A DNA stretch of 64,000 nucleotides from a virus. Below, piece by piece: positions 47,411 through 55,453 of the stretch. The notes below the pieces were generated by a model. That model worked only from the letters and a program-made list of their open reading frames with translations. It was not told the origin of the DNA and made no database searches. Each line of letters starts with the position of its first letter. Position 1 is the stretch's first letter. The stretch spans positions 23,591-87,590 of IMG/VR virus record IMGVR_UViG_3300032265_003779; one strand, 5' to 3'. Both the position numbers and the translations under genes were made by a program.

Positions 47411-49834
47411 ATGGCAATTTTACGGGGATTTCCACCTTCCAACACAATCAGTCCTAGTGTAAGAATAGCTGAAAAAGATTTAAGTTATGTTGCATCTACA
47501 CCTTCGACTCACAGAGGAGCTCTTGTGGGTTTTGCTAGCAAAGGTCCTATAAACACCCCCACACTAGTTACTAGTGTTAGACAATTGCATACTATTTTCG
47601 GATATCCTCATCCAGATGTTAGTGATCCATTTTTAATTTACGCTGCTCAGCAGTATCTTAACGTTTCTAATCAACTTTATGTGGTTAGAGTGGCAGAAGA
47701 TAATGCAGTTAGTGATGAAAGAGCTGAAACTGCATATATAGATATTCCAAGTGCTGGAAGTGTTGTTGAAATAGTATCTGGAGTTAACGAAAGTTATGTT
47801 TTTGATAACGATGGTTTCTTTAGATGGAAGTTAAACGGCATGCTTGCATCTAAAACACTCGTAGTTCCTGCTCACACTTATACAGCAAATGAACTTGCGA
47901 TGACTTTAAACGAGCAACTAGACACTGTTATCGATGGAATTATCTTCTTTGCAAGTAATGATGGACCAGATAATTATATTTCTGTGAAAACAGTATGGGC
48001 ATACGGTCCAGACGCAAGCCTTGAATTAATATCTGTAAAAGATTCCATATATGGCGGAGCATCTTCAATCACAGGTTTAGGCACTGGTATGACCCAGGCA
48101 GTAACCGTAGCCTCAAATGTAAAGTATGGCTCAGGTTCTGAAGAAACTTTTGATTTTACAGGACTATCTGGATTGACAATGCAACTAATAGTAGACGGAT
48201 CTGGTGTTGCATCTATAGACGGAGTTGTTCAGGTTCTAGATCTATCGTCATTTGACAATACTTCAGCAGTAACTCTAGCCAATATAATTTCAAATCTTAA
48301 TAATCAAAAAATATCAGATGAAGGCGGAACAGGTGATCTTCCGGGTGGTTGGACAGCCGAAAGTGCTAATATTGGCGGAAAAAACTACCTTTCAATAAGA
48401 ACAAACAGCTATGGTAGAGATGCTCGACTAAGAGTTAAATCGGATGGAATGGCTGCACTTGAAGTATTTGCAATAGACACAAGAACAAAAGTTGGTGAAA
48501 GTCCTGTTAAATCTAGTGCTCTTGATATAGACGGAAATCCTGCTGCTACGGATGCAGATGTTGGAGGGATTATAGTTGGATTAGACAACACCAATATGTC
48601 CCAAATGACTTTTAGAGTTTATGCTGACAGTCCTGGCATCGAGGGCAATAAAACTCAGGTTAAAGTAATAAATAATGCCGAAGAAAACAATTTCTCTTTA
48701 CAAGTTTATAATAATGGAGTTCAAGTAGAGTCTTGGGGAGGTTTAACAAAAGATCCTGCAAGTAGATTCTATGTAGAATCTTATATAGCTCAAGTTTCTG
48801 ACTTTATCAGAGTAAGTGATATGACAGACGTAGACTCTCCTCCTCTAGATTCTTTAACTTATTCTCCATTAAATGGAGTTTATAGTCTTAGCGGAGGATC
48901 AGATGGAATACCTTCTGACCCTGATAGGCAGGATGAACTTATAATTGGAAATGATATGGGATATACCGGAATTTATTCTTTAAGCGAACCAGAACAAGTC
49001 GATATAGATTTAATTGCTGTTCCTGGTCATGGTAGCACTCGTGTTGTTCAAGCTCTGATAGACCTTTGTCAATATGTCAGAACAGATTGTATGGCTATAA
49101 TAGATCCTCCTTTTGGACTCACGGTTAAAGAAATAGTTCAATGGCAAAATGGTGTTCATCCACTAAATCCTGATAGATTTGATAGTGATTTTGCAGCACT
49201 ATATTGGCCTTGGTTAAAGATTAGAGACACATTCAACAAAATTGATGTTTGGGTTCCACCAAGTGGATCAGTTCTTGCAACAATAGCAAACAGTGACAAC
49301 ATATCAGCCCCTTGGTTTGCTCCTGCAGGTACAACCAGAGGCATTGTATCTAATGTGCTTGATGTTTATGCCAGACCTACGCTTGAAGAACGAGATCAGA
49401 TGTATGGAAATAGAAATTGTGTAAATCCCATTATTCAGTTTGTAGACACACAAGGATTCTTAATATTTGGTCAAAAGACACTTCAAAGAAGACCTACTGC
49501 TTTGGACCGAATCGGTGTAAGAAGAATGATGCTTTATGTAGAGAAGAGAATTAAAGTTGCTAGTAGAGATTTGTTGTTTGAGCCTAATGATGAAGTATTC
49601 AGAAATAGATTTATCTCTGTTGCCAAGGGAATATTACAAGAGGTTCAGGTCGGCAGAGGAATTACAGACTTTGTAATAAAAGCTGACGCTGAATTGAATA
49701 CCCCAGACGTTATCGATAGAAATGAATTTAGAGCAAGAATAGGAATACAGCCTACCCATGCAGCAGAATTTATATTTATTGAATTTAGCATTCACCGAAC
49801 TGGAAGCTTTTCAGAAAATGCCGATACACTTTGA
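47411..49834 (+). CDS. gp18: Contractile tail sheath protein (gp18-like)
   Basis: SPSV...EKDLS, GFASKGP, YWPW, VPPSG, PWFAPAG..RG, GQKTLQ, DRIGVRR, FEPND. Confidence 0.97.
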   Translation: MAILRGFPPSNTISPSVRIAEKDLSYVASTPSTHRGALVGFASKGPINTPTLVTSVRQLHTIFGYPHPDVSDPFLIYAAQQYLNVSNQLYVVRVAEDNAVSDERAETAYIDIPSAGSVVEIVSGVNESYVFDNDGFFRWKLNGMLASKTLVVPAHTYTANELAMTLNEQLDTVIDGIIFFASNDGPDNYISVKTVWAYGPDASLELISVKDSIYGGASSITGLGTGMTQAVTVASNVKYGSGSEETFDFTGLSGLTMQLIVDGSGVASIDGVVQVLDLSSFDNTSAVTLANIISNLNNQKISDEGGTGDLPGGWTAESANIGGKNYLSIRTNSYGRDARLRVKSDGMAALEVFAIDTRTKVGESPVKSSALDIDGNPAATDADVGGIIVGLDNTNMSQMTFRVYADSPGIEGNKTQVKVINNAEENNFSLQVYNNGVQVESWGGLTKDPASRFYVESYIAQVSDFIRVSDMTDVDSPPLDSLTYSPLNGVYSLSGGSDGIPSDPDRQDELIIGNDMGYTGIYSLSEPEQVDIDLIAVPGHGSTRVVQALIDLCQYVRTDCMAIIDPPFGLTVKEIVQWQNGVHPLNPDRFDSDFAALYWPWLKIRDTFNKIDVWVPPSGSVLATIANSDNISAPWFAPAGTTRGIVSNVLDVYARPTLEERDQMYGNRNCVNPIIQFVDTQGFLIFGQKTLQRRPTALDRIGVRRMMLYVEKRIKVASRDLLFEPNDEVFRNRFISVAKGILQEVQVGRGITDFVIKADAELNTPDVIDRNEFRARIGIQPTHAAEFIFIEFSIHRTGSFSENADTL

Positions 49835-49867
49835 TAATAAATAATACTTATAAGGAGAATTTAAAAA

Positions 49868-50470
49868 ATGATACCAGGAGCAAATACAGGATCCGGGCAA
49901 ATGGGTTTAGGATCACATGCTAATAGCAACTCGTTTTATAAAAGAAAATATAGATGGACCTTTTCTTTGCAAACCCCATGTGGAGATGTTCCAGAAAATT
50001 TAGTTAAGATATCAAGTAGACCTCAACTAAACATAGAAGAAACTCAAATAGACTTTATGCATGGAAGAATGTGGATTCCAGGTAAAGGCAACTGGGAAAC
50101 AATGACGGTAAATTACTATGATATGGTTTCTGGCTCTGAGGATATATCAAGACTATATTCTTGGTTAAGAACAGTTTATGAGTTTGATAATCCAACTCTT
50201 TTAAGACAATCTTCTATTAGGGGTGGAAATGGAAGCAATGGATGGGGAGCAAATGCTGTTTTAACTCTATATGATGGGGTGGGTAATATAGCTGAAACTT
50301 GGGGTCTGGGTATGGTTTTTCCAACCAGTGTCAACTTTGGAGACTTAGCCTACGACAGTAGTGATATTGTTGAAATTGAATTAACACTAAGATATTCAAC
50401 TGCTACGTATACTCCAGGATCATGCATGAGACCAATAGGAGATTGTGCAATTGCTGGTTGTAATGGTTGA
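49868..50470 (+). CDS. gp19: Tail tube protein (gp19-like)
   Basis: KRKYRW, RPQL, PGKGNWE, YDGVG...W....FPTSV.FGDL.Y; directly after the sheath. Confidence 0.9.
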   Translation: MIPGANTGSGQMGLGSHANSNSFYKRKYRWTFSLQTPCGDVPENLVKISSRPQLNIEETQIDFMHGRMWIPGKGNWETMTVNYYDMVSGSEDISRLYSWLRTVYEFDNPTLLRQSSIRGGNGSNGWGANAVLTLYDGVGNIAETWGLGMVFPTSVNFGDLAYDSSDIVEIELTLRYSTATYTPGSCMRPIGDCAIAGCNG

Positions 50471-50488
50471 ATTATAAAAATCTAATTT

Positions 50489-50524
50489 AAAAACACAGAA
50501 TCGAAAGGTTCTGTGTTTTTTTTT
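50489..50524 (+). terminator. Intrinsic terminator
   Basis: AAAAACACAGAATC-GAAA-GGTTCTGTGTTTTT followed by a T tract. Confidence 0.9.
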
Positions 50525-50547
50525 ATATTTATTTACTAAATAAATGT

Positions 50548-51180
50548 ATGGCAGAAAATACAATGGGTTTTAACTATGGTGGGGCTCAACTAACAGATCC
50601 AAAAGTTTATTTTAAAAGAAAATATAGATGGAGGTTTTTTATTCCCGAAGTGTGCGGGAGAGCGGAAAAAACAGGCTCTCCTTTATTGCCGCCAGGTAAA
50701 GCAGGAAGACCAAGCTTATCTTTTAAAGAAATAGACGCACAGCATGTTACAGAAACAGTATATTTTCCAGGAAAACCTGAATGGAAACCGATAAGTTTAA
50801 CTTTATATGATATAAGCAACCGAGGCGATGGCGTGTCTCTAAAAAATCCGGTAATTGAGTGGATTAAAAAACTTTATGAAGTAAGCGATCAAAGTGTAAA
50901 TTGGAAAACCAGCAGTGGTTTCAAGCAAAATTGTAGTGTGGAGGCGTATGACGGAGTAGGAAATATCGTTGAAGAATGGAAGCTAGAGAATGTGTGGCCC
51001 ATATCTATTGATTTTGGAGAATTAGACTACAGCCAAAGTGACATAATGACAATAGATTTACAATTAAGATATGATAGAGCTTATATTATTGAACACACAG
51101 AACAATTCGAAAAGCAGTCTACTAAATATCTTGATCGCAGTTCAGGCAATAATTATAGTTTTAGAAAAACCATAGCATAA
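50548..51180 (+). CDS. Second tail-tube-like protein
   Basis: Same motifs as 49868-50470; has its own TAAATA box. Confidence 0.85.
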   Translation: MAENTMGFNYGGAQLTDPKVYFKRKYRWRFFIPEVCGRAEKTGSPLLPPGKAGRPSLSFKEIDAQHVTETVYFPGKPEWKPISLTLYDISNRGDGVSLKNPVIEWIKKLYEVSDQSVNWKTSSGFKQNCSVEAYDGVGNIVEEWKLENVWPISIDFGELDYSQSDIMTIDLQLRYDRAYIIEHTEQFEKQSTKYLDRSSGNNYSFRKTIA

Positions 51181-51186
51181 TTTACT

Positions 51187-51215
51187 TTGATTTAAATAAA
51201 ACAATTTGTTATAAT
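51187..51215 (+). promoter_or_regulatory. Sigma70-type promoter with extended -10
   Basis: TTGATT-17 nt-TATAAT with TGn. Confidence 0.75.
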
Positions 51216-51245
51216 TAAAATTACACAAACAAAAGGAACTTATTA

Positions 51246-51479
51246 ATGAAATCTAGTTTTTTAGAAATAATAGAGAGACAAGAATTGCTTCAAAAACTAA
51301 TAGACAAAGGATTTGGAAGCATAATAGATGCCTTATTATTAAATGAAAATAAAGTTTATACTAAAAAAGGAAGATTAAATAAGTCCGGTGCTTGTAGATT
51401 ATTAAATTGCAAGCCTAAAGAATTGGAGGAAACCATGCAGAAATGCAGAGAAATACTTAGAAAAGAGATGGAAGGTTAA
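51246..51479 (+). CDS. Small putative HTH-like protein
   Basis: LNKSGACRLLNCKPKEL helix-turn-helix-like segment; SD AAGGA. Confidence 0.6.
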   Translation: MKSSFLEIIERQELLQKLIDKGFGSIIDALLLNENKVYTKKGRLNKSGACRLLNCKPKELEETMQKCREILRKEMEG

Positions 51480-51482
51480 TAA

Positions 51483-52022
51483 CTACTTTTGAGCAACCAA
51501 AAAATTATCATTTTCTTCATCTGAATATAAAATATAATTTGAATTATTAGAAACCAATTCATTGTTCTTGTTAATAACATCAAAATTTTGTTTTGAAGAT
51601 TGATTATATCCTTTGACTTTATATTTATTTGCAAGTTTAACCCATAAAGATTTAGCTTCTGGTGTTTGCATTTTATCGCTATAAAGTTTTGTTTTAGATA
51701 AAACATAGTCATACATAATTGATGCCAAACCTTTTCCTCTGGCTTGTGGTTTCACACCTAGAGTGCTAATTTTATATCCATCTTCAAATTTTTCTAATCC
51801 CACATATCCCGTTGCATTATTTTTGTCATAAACTATAACTTTAACGCCATCTGGACCTTCTGACCATTGAAAATCAAAATTTAAAAATTTTTCTCTATTT
51901 AAATTAATTTTGTCGGCTTCGGATTTTGCCCAATCAATAAATTGATCGTAATTTATCGAAGATTGTAAGAGTGACGAATTATTTTTTATTTCTTTTAATA
52001 TTAAATATTGCTTAAAATTCAT
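51483..52022 (-). CDS. GNAT-family acetyltransferase with N-terminal tag
   Basis: GVKPQARGKGLASIMY motif A; SD..QTPEA..LW. Confidence 0.75.
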   Translation of the reverse strand: MNFKQYLILKEIKNNSSLLQSSINYDQFIDWAKSEADKINLNREKFLNFDFQWSEGPDGVKVIVYDKNNATGYVGLEKFEDGYKISTLGVKPQARGKGLASIMYDYVLSKTKLYSDKMQTPEAKSLWVKLANKYKVKGYNQSSKQNFDVINKNNELVSNNSNYILYSDEENDNFLVAQK

Positions 52023-52024
52023 AA

Positions 52025-52579
52025 TTAAACTTCTTTAATATTCCAAGTTCCACCTTCTCCGGGGTCTGGGATGAATTCTTTGTTCTTTTTATAAGATGGC
52101 TTTCCTTTTAATTTAGTTATATCCCAAGGAGATTTTTCTCCAACAGTAAACTTGGGGGGCTTATCTCCCTTAATGTGCTTTATACTCCATATTCCTCCTT
52201 CTCCTTGATCTGGGGTGAATTCTTTATTCTTTTTATATGTGGGAGCACCTTTAATATGCTTTATGTTCCACATTCCTCCCTCTCCATTGTTAGCAGCCAT
52301 TCCATGCTTATCAGGAGCTTTAGGAGTATCTTTTGGACCTTCTAGCTTGCTTATATCCCATAACCCTTTATCGCCAGAGTTTAAGTATTGATTCTGAAGT
52401 TTATGATTTTTAAAGTTATAGATTCTATCATCTAGTGATAAGTAAAAAATAGCATCAGCACTTCTTGTGATATACCATTGTGGTGGATAAAGACCTATTC
52501 CACCATAACCTAATGGATAGAGTCCTGTTTTAGATCCTGGGTTGGATCCCTCATTTAATAACCACTCTTTAAAGTTCAT
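52025..52579 (-). CDS. Protein with N-terminal tag and GEGGxWxIK repeats
   Basis: MNFKEWLLNE; five WxI repeats. Confidence 0.8.
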   Translation of the reverse strand: MNFKEWLLNEGSNPGSKTGLYPLGYGGIGLYPPQWYITRSADAIFYLSLDDRIYNFKNHKLQNQYLNSGDKGLWDISKLEGPKDTPKAPDKHGMAANNGEGGMWNIKHIKGAPTYKKNKEFTPDQGEGGIWSIKHIKGDKPPKFTVGEKSPWDITKLKGKPSYKKNKEFIPDPGEGGTWNIKEV

Positions 52580-52594
52580 ACATTATATATTAAT

Positions 52595-52789
52595 TTATTT
52601 TCGTTTTTTGTGTTTTTTGTGTCTAGGATATTGTCTTCTTACAACATCTGATCCTATTGGACGTAAAAACGGTGCTATATCTTTTGAAGTTGTGGCTCCA
52701 GGGCTGCCTGAAATTGAAGCAGAAGTTGTTGCCGCTGGTGCGGCGGCAGGTGCGGCAACATCTTCTAGCCATTTCTTAAAACTTATCAT
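52595..52789 (-). CDS. Small protein with N-terminal tag (MISFKKWLE)
   Basis: ATGA-coupled; Ala-rich with a basic C-terminus. Confidence 0.75.
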   Translation of the reverse strand: MISFKKWLEDVAAPAAAPAATTSASISGSPGATTSKDIAPFLRPIGSDVVRRQYPRHKKHKKRK

Positions 52790-53715
52790 TTACTTTTTTT
52801 ACCATGTTTCTTTTTGCAAACTAAGTATTCTTTTAATGAAAGTTTATATTTTGATGTTTCTTTATTTTTCTTTAAGTGATCTTTGCAGTCTTTAAAAGAA
52901 GCATTTGGCTTTTTTCCAAAACAATCCTTCATGCATTTTTCAGCCATTGACTTCATATCATCACTTGAATCGGTTGAGTCATCAGAGTCTGAGTCATTTT
53001 CTTCATCAGAATCTTCTTTTTTAGACTTTTTAGATTCAGATAATTCCTCATAAGTAGTAAAATTGTCAGATATTCTACCATTTGGAGCAAATCCAACTTC
53101 TCCTGGGGCTGGTTCGTCTCCCAAGCCACTAAAATGTTTGGCTGTTGGGTTTCCCATTTGCCCAATTATGCTTCCCATCCAATCTTTTTCAGCAGAAACT
53201 TCAATAGAGTCTGTTGATTCATTTTTCTTTTTCTTTTTATTTTTTGAAATTTCTTTCTTCTTTCTTAATATCTCAAAATCTTTTCCAGTTATTTTACCAT
53301 CACCATCAGCATCTAGTTTTTTCTGTCCGCCCTTTAAAAATTTAGGCTTTTCGTCCTCATCTTCATCTTCGTCTTCGTCTTCAATATCTTTATCTTCTTT
53401 TTTAGCCTTAGCTTTTTCTAAATCTACGTCATCTTCGTCAGAAAACATTGCTTTGCATGATTTGCAAGCTTTACAACCCTTGCTACAGCCACATTCTTTT
53501 TTTGAATTTGGTTCATCTGCTTTGCTGGCTGGGGGTACTGTTTCTCCGTCACCTGTAACGTCTACTTTAACTTTTTTCTTTCTTCTTCCTTCTTCAAAGT
53601 CTATTCCTTCAACACCGTTTGAAGAAATACCTAAAGATTGTGGTTGAGATAAACCTAAAGAAAAAGAACTAAAAACTGACTCATTTAATGATTTCCACTC
53701 TTTATAGCTAAGCAT
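52786..53715 (-). CDS. Highly charged protein with N-terminal tag, EF-hand-like loop and Cys cluster
   Basis: MLSYKEWKSLNE; LDADGDGKITGKDF; CGCSKGCKACKSC. Confidence 0.8.
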   Translation of the reverse strand: MLSYKEWKSLNESVFSSFSLGLSQPQSLGISSNGVEGIDFEEGRRKKKVKVDVTGDGETVPPASKADEPNSKKECGCSKGCKACKSCKAMFSDEDDVDLEKAKAKKEDKDIEDEDEDEDEDEKPKFLKGGQKKLDADGDGKITGKDFEILRKKKEISKNKKKKKNESTDSIEVSAEKDWMGSIIGQMGNPTAKHFSGLGDEPAPGEVGFAPNGRISDNFTTYEELSESKKSKKEDSDEENDSDSDDSTDSSDDMKSMAEKCMKDCFGKKPNASFKDCKDHLKKNKETSKYKLSLKEYLVCKKKHGKKSK

Positions 53716-53762
53716 ATTAAACCTCTTTTAAAAGTTAAAGTTTGATATTATATATATCATTA

Positions 53763-54362
53763 ATGATTAAAAAAATTTGCTTATTATCAATAATATTTTT
53801 GTTATTTTATTTAACAAAAAATACAAAAAATGAAATAGAAATACCAAAAAATCAAATTATAATTAATTCTAAAGATCAAGAAGAATTATCAATAAGCTGT
53901 GAAGTAAGTTTAGGATTTTTAAAAAAAACACTTGATGGGACTATGTTTTTAGAAGATGATGCATTTAGAATACTTCTTTATTCTTATTCAGAAAAAAAAA
54001 TTGACATAGGATGTAATAAAAAATACTTCTGGTATTGGTCTAAAAAAGAAGAAGAGAATACTCTTTTTTATTCTGACGTGGATGATATGGATTTGGTTTT
54101 AAAAGAATGTTATAGCCCAACTTGGATGTTAAGCGTTTTTAAAAATATAGATAAAATAGGAGAAGTTTACAGCTTAAATAAAGCTAATAAATTAATATCT
54201 ACAGCTAAAATTTTACCTAATAATATTATAAAGTTTTATATTATTGAAGAAAAACTAACAATAATGTTTAAAATAAAAAACGCTTCCAAAAAAAATTTTG
54301 ATGAAAGCGTTTTTAAAATGCCTAATTATAGAATATTAAACAAGATGACTCCTGGAAATTGA
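53763..54362 (+). CDS. Membrane-anchored hypothetical protein
   Basis: Start reassigned to MIKKICLL; N-terminal TM helix. Confidence 0.65.
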   Translation: MIKKICLLSIIFLLFYLTKNTKNEIEIPKNQIIINSKDQEELSISCEVSLGFLKKTLDGTMFLEDDAFRILLYSYSEKKIDIGCNKKYFWYWSKKEEENTLFYSDVDDMDLVLKECYSPTWMLSVFKNIDKIGEVYSLNKANKLISTAKILPNNIIKFYIIEEKLTIMFKIKNASKKNFDESVFKMPNYRILNKMTPGN

Positions 54363-54364
54363 AA

Positions 54365-54574
54365 TTATTTACCTCCCAGAGATTTTTTAATAGCATCTTG
54401 TCTTTGTTGATTAACTGCTTGACGATTGACAGATAACCCAGAAATACTTGGAGTTTTTCTAGGTGTTACATTAGCTTGTTGTGTTCTTGGAGGCACATTA
54501 GCCCTAATCACACCTGGGGTGTTAGCAGTTGTGCGTGTTGGTCTATTTGCATTTTTTCCACATCCGCATCCCAT
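54365..54574 (-). CDS. Small basic protein starting MGCGCGK
   Basis: SD AAGGAG. Confidence 0.75.
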   Translation of the reverse strand: MGCGCGKNANRPTRTTANTPGVIRANVPPRTQQANVTPRKTPSISGLSVNRQAVNQQRQDAIKKSLGGK

Positions 54575-54628
54575 ATTTAACTCCTTTAATAAAAGAAAAC
54601 AACCTATATTATATATGGGTATGTAAAT

Positions 54629-54660
54629 AAAAAAACCCTCCTGAAAATCAGGAGGGTTTT
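54629..54660 (-). terminator. Intrinsic terminator
   Basis: AAAACCCTCCTGA-AAA-TCAGGAGGGTTTT. Confidence 0.9.
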
Positions 54661-54688
54661 AAAACTAACTATTGTTTTAGTTTTAGTA

Positions 54689-54982
54689 TCAACTCTTGCA
54701 AAGTGTTAAAGGCTTCTTTTTAATCATTTTTGGTGGAACAGACTTACTTGCACGCTTAACCATGGATGTTCCATCCTCTGTTATTTTTACGTTCGTATAT
54801 CCTAGCTTCTTGGCTATATTCTTGGCAGCCGTGATCAGGGCAGATCTTGTTGTGAAAAACGTGCTACCGTCAGCCTTTCTCTCCAACTTTGTTGGACGAA
54901 GACCCTCAACGCCCACAGTTGCCTCAAAATAACTAACATTGCTACTCTTCTTGTTTGTAACCTGAACATTAAGATTAGTCAT
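54689..54982 (-). CDS. Small basic protein, probably early
   Basis: SD AAGGA; own sigma70 promoter and terminator. Confidence 0.75.
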   Translation of the reverse strand: MTNLNVQVTNKKSSNVSYFEATVGVEGLRPTKLERKADGSTFFTTRSALITAAKNIAKKLGYTNVKITEDGTSMVKRASKSVPPKMIKKKPLTLCKS

Positions 54983-55080
54983 GACAAATCCTTTGTTTTG
55001 AGTTTTTATTTTTTAAAAAGCATTAAAAATATACACTTATTTTATTGCTTTTTACTTTTATTACTCGTTTGATAAGTTGT

Positions 55081-55108
55081 ATTATATCAATAAAATTTGT
55101 TCATTCAA
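55081..55108 (-). promoter_or_regulatory. Sigma70-type promoter
   Basis: TTGAAT-16 nt-TATAAT with extended TG on the minus strand. Confidence 0.6.
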
Positions 55109-55192
55109 CAAAATTCTAAATTATTTTTACATATTTTTTAATATATAAGAATAGATATTTTGCACACCTGCAAATAAAGAGGTAACAAAACT

Positions 55193-55387
55193 ATGAAGAG
55201 TTTTATTGATTATTGCTCAAACAACAAAAAAGAACTACCTGTTTTTGTTATTGATGAAAAAACAAAAAGAGGTGGAATAGCAACATGGGCTTATCCTGAT
55301 GCTTACGTAAGAACACAATATCCAGATTCTTACTTCTTGCCAATTGCTGCCGATGCTCTATTTAAGCTAAAGGGCGGAAAAAAGTAA
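55193..55387 (+). CDS. Small protein with a weaker N-terminal tag (MKSFIDYC)
   Basis: SD GAGG; YP..Y...YP...ADA.F.L shared with 52025-52579. Confidence 0.75.
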   Translation: MKSFIDYCSNNKKELPVFVIDEKTKRGGIATWAYPDAYVRTQYPDSYFLPIAADALFKLKGGKK

Positions 55388-55392
55388 TTTAT

Positions 55393-55436
55393 AAAAAAAT
55401 ACAGCCTTGCTTTAAAAACAAGGCTGTATTTTTTTT
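55393..55436. terminator. Bidirectional intrinsic terminator
   Basis: AAAAAAATACAGCCTTG...CAAGGCTGTATTTTTTT. Confidence 0.9.
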
Positions 55437-55453
55437 ATAAAATCATAAAGGTT

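Noticed and set aside
47411-51180. Bacterial contractile injection system (sheath plus two tubes)
   Set aside because: Capsid, protease, neck and replication genes are present, so this is a phage tail
53063-53647. 194-aa plus-strand ORF
   Set aside because: Antisense of a Lys/Glu/Asp-rich gene; its Ser/Phe-rich composition is the expected mirror
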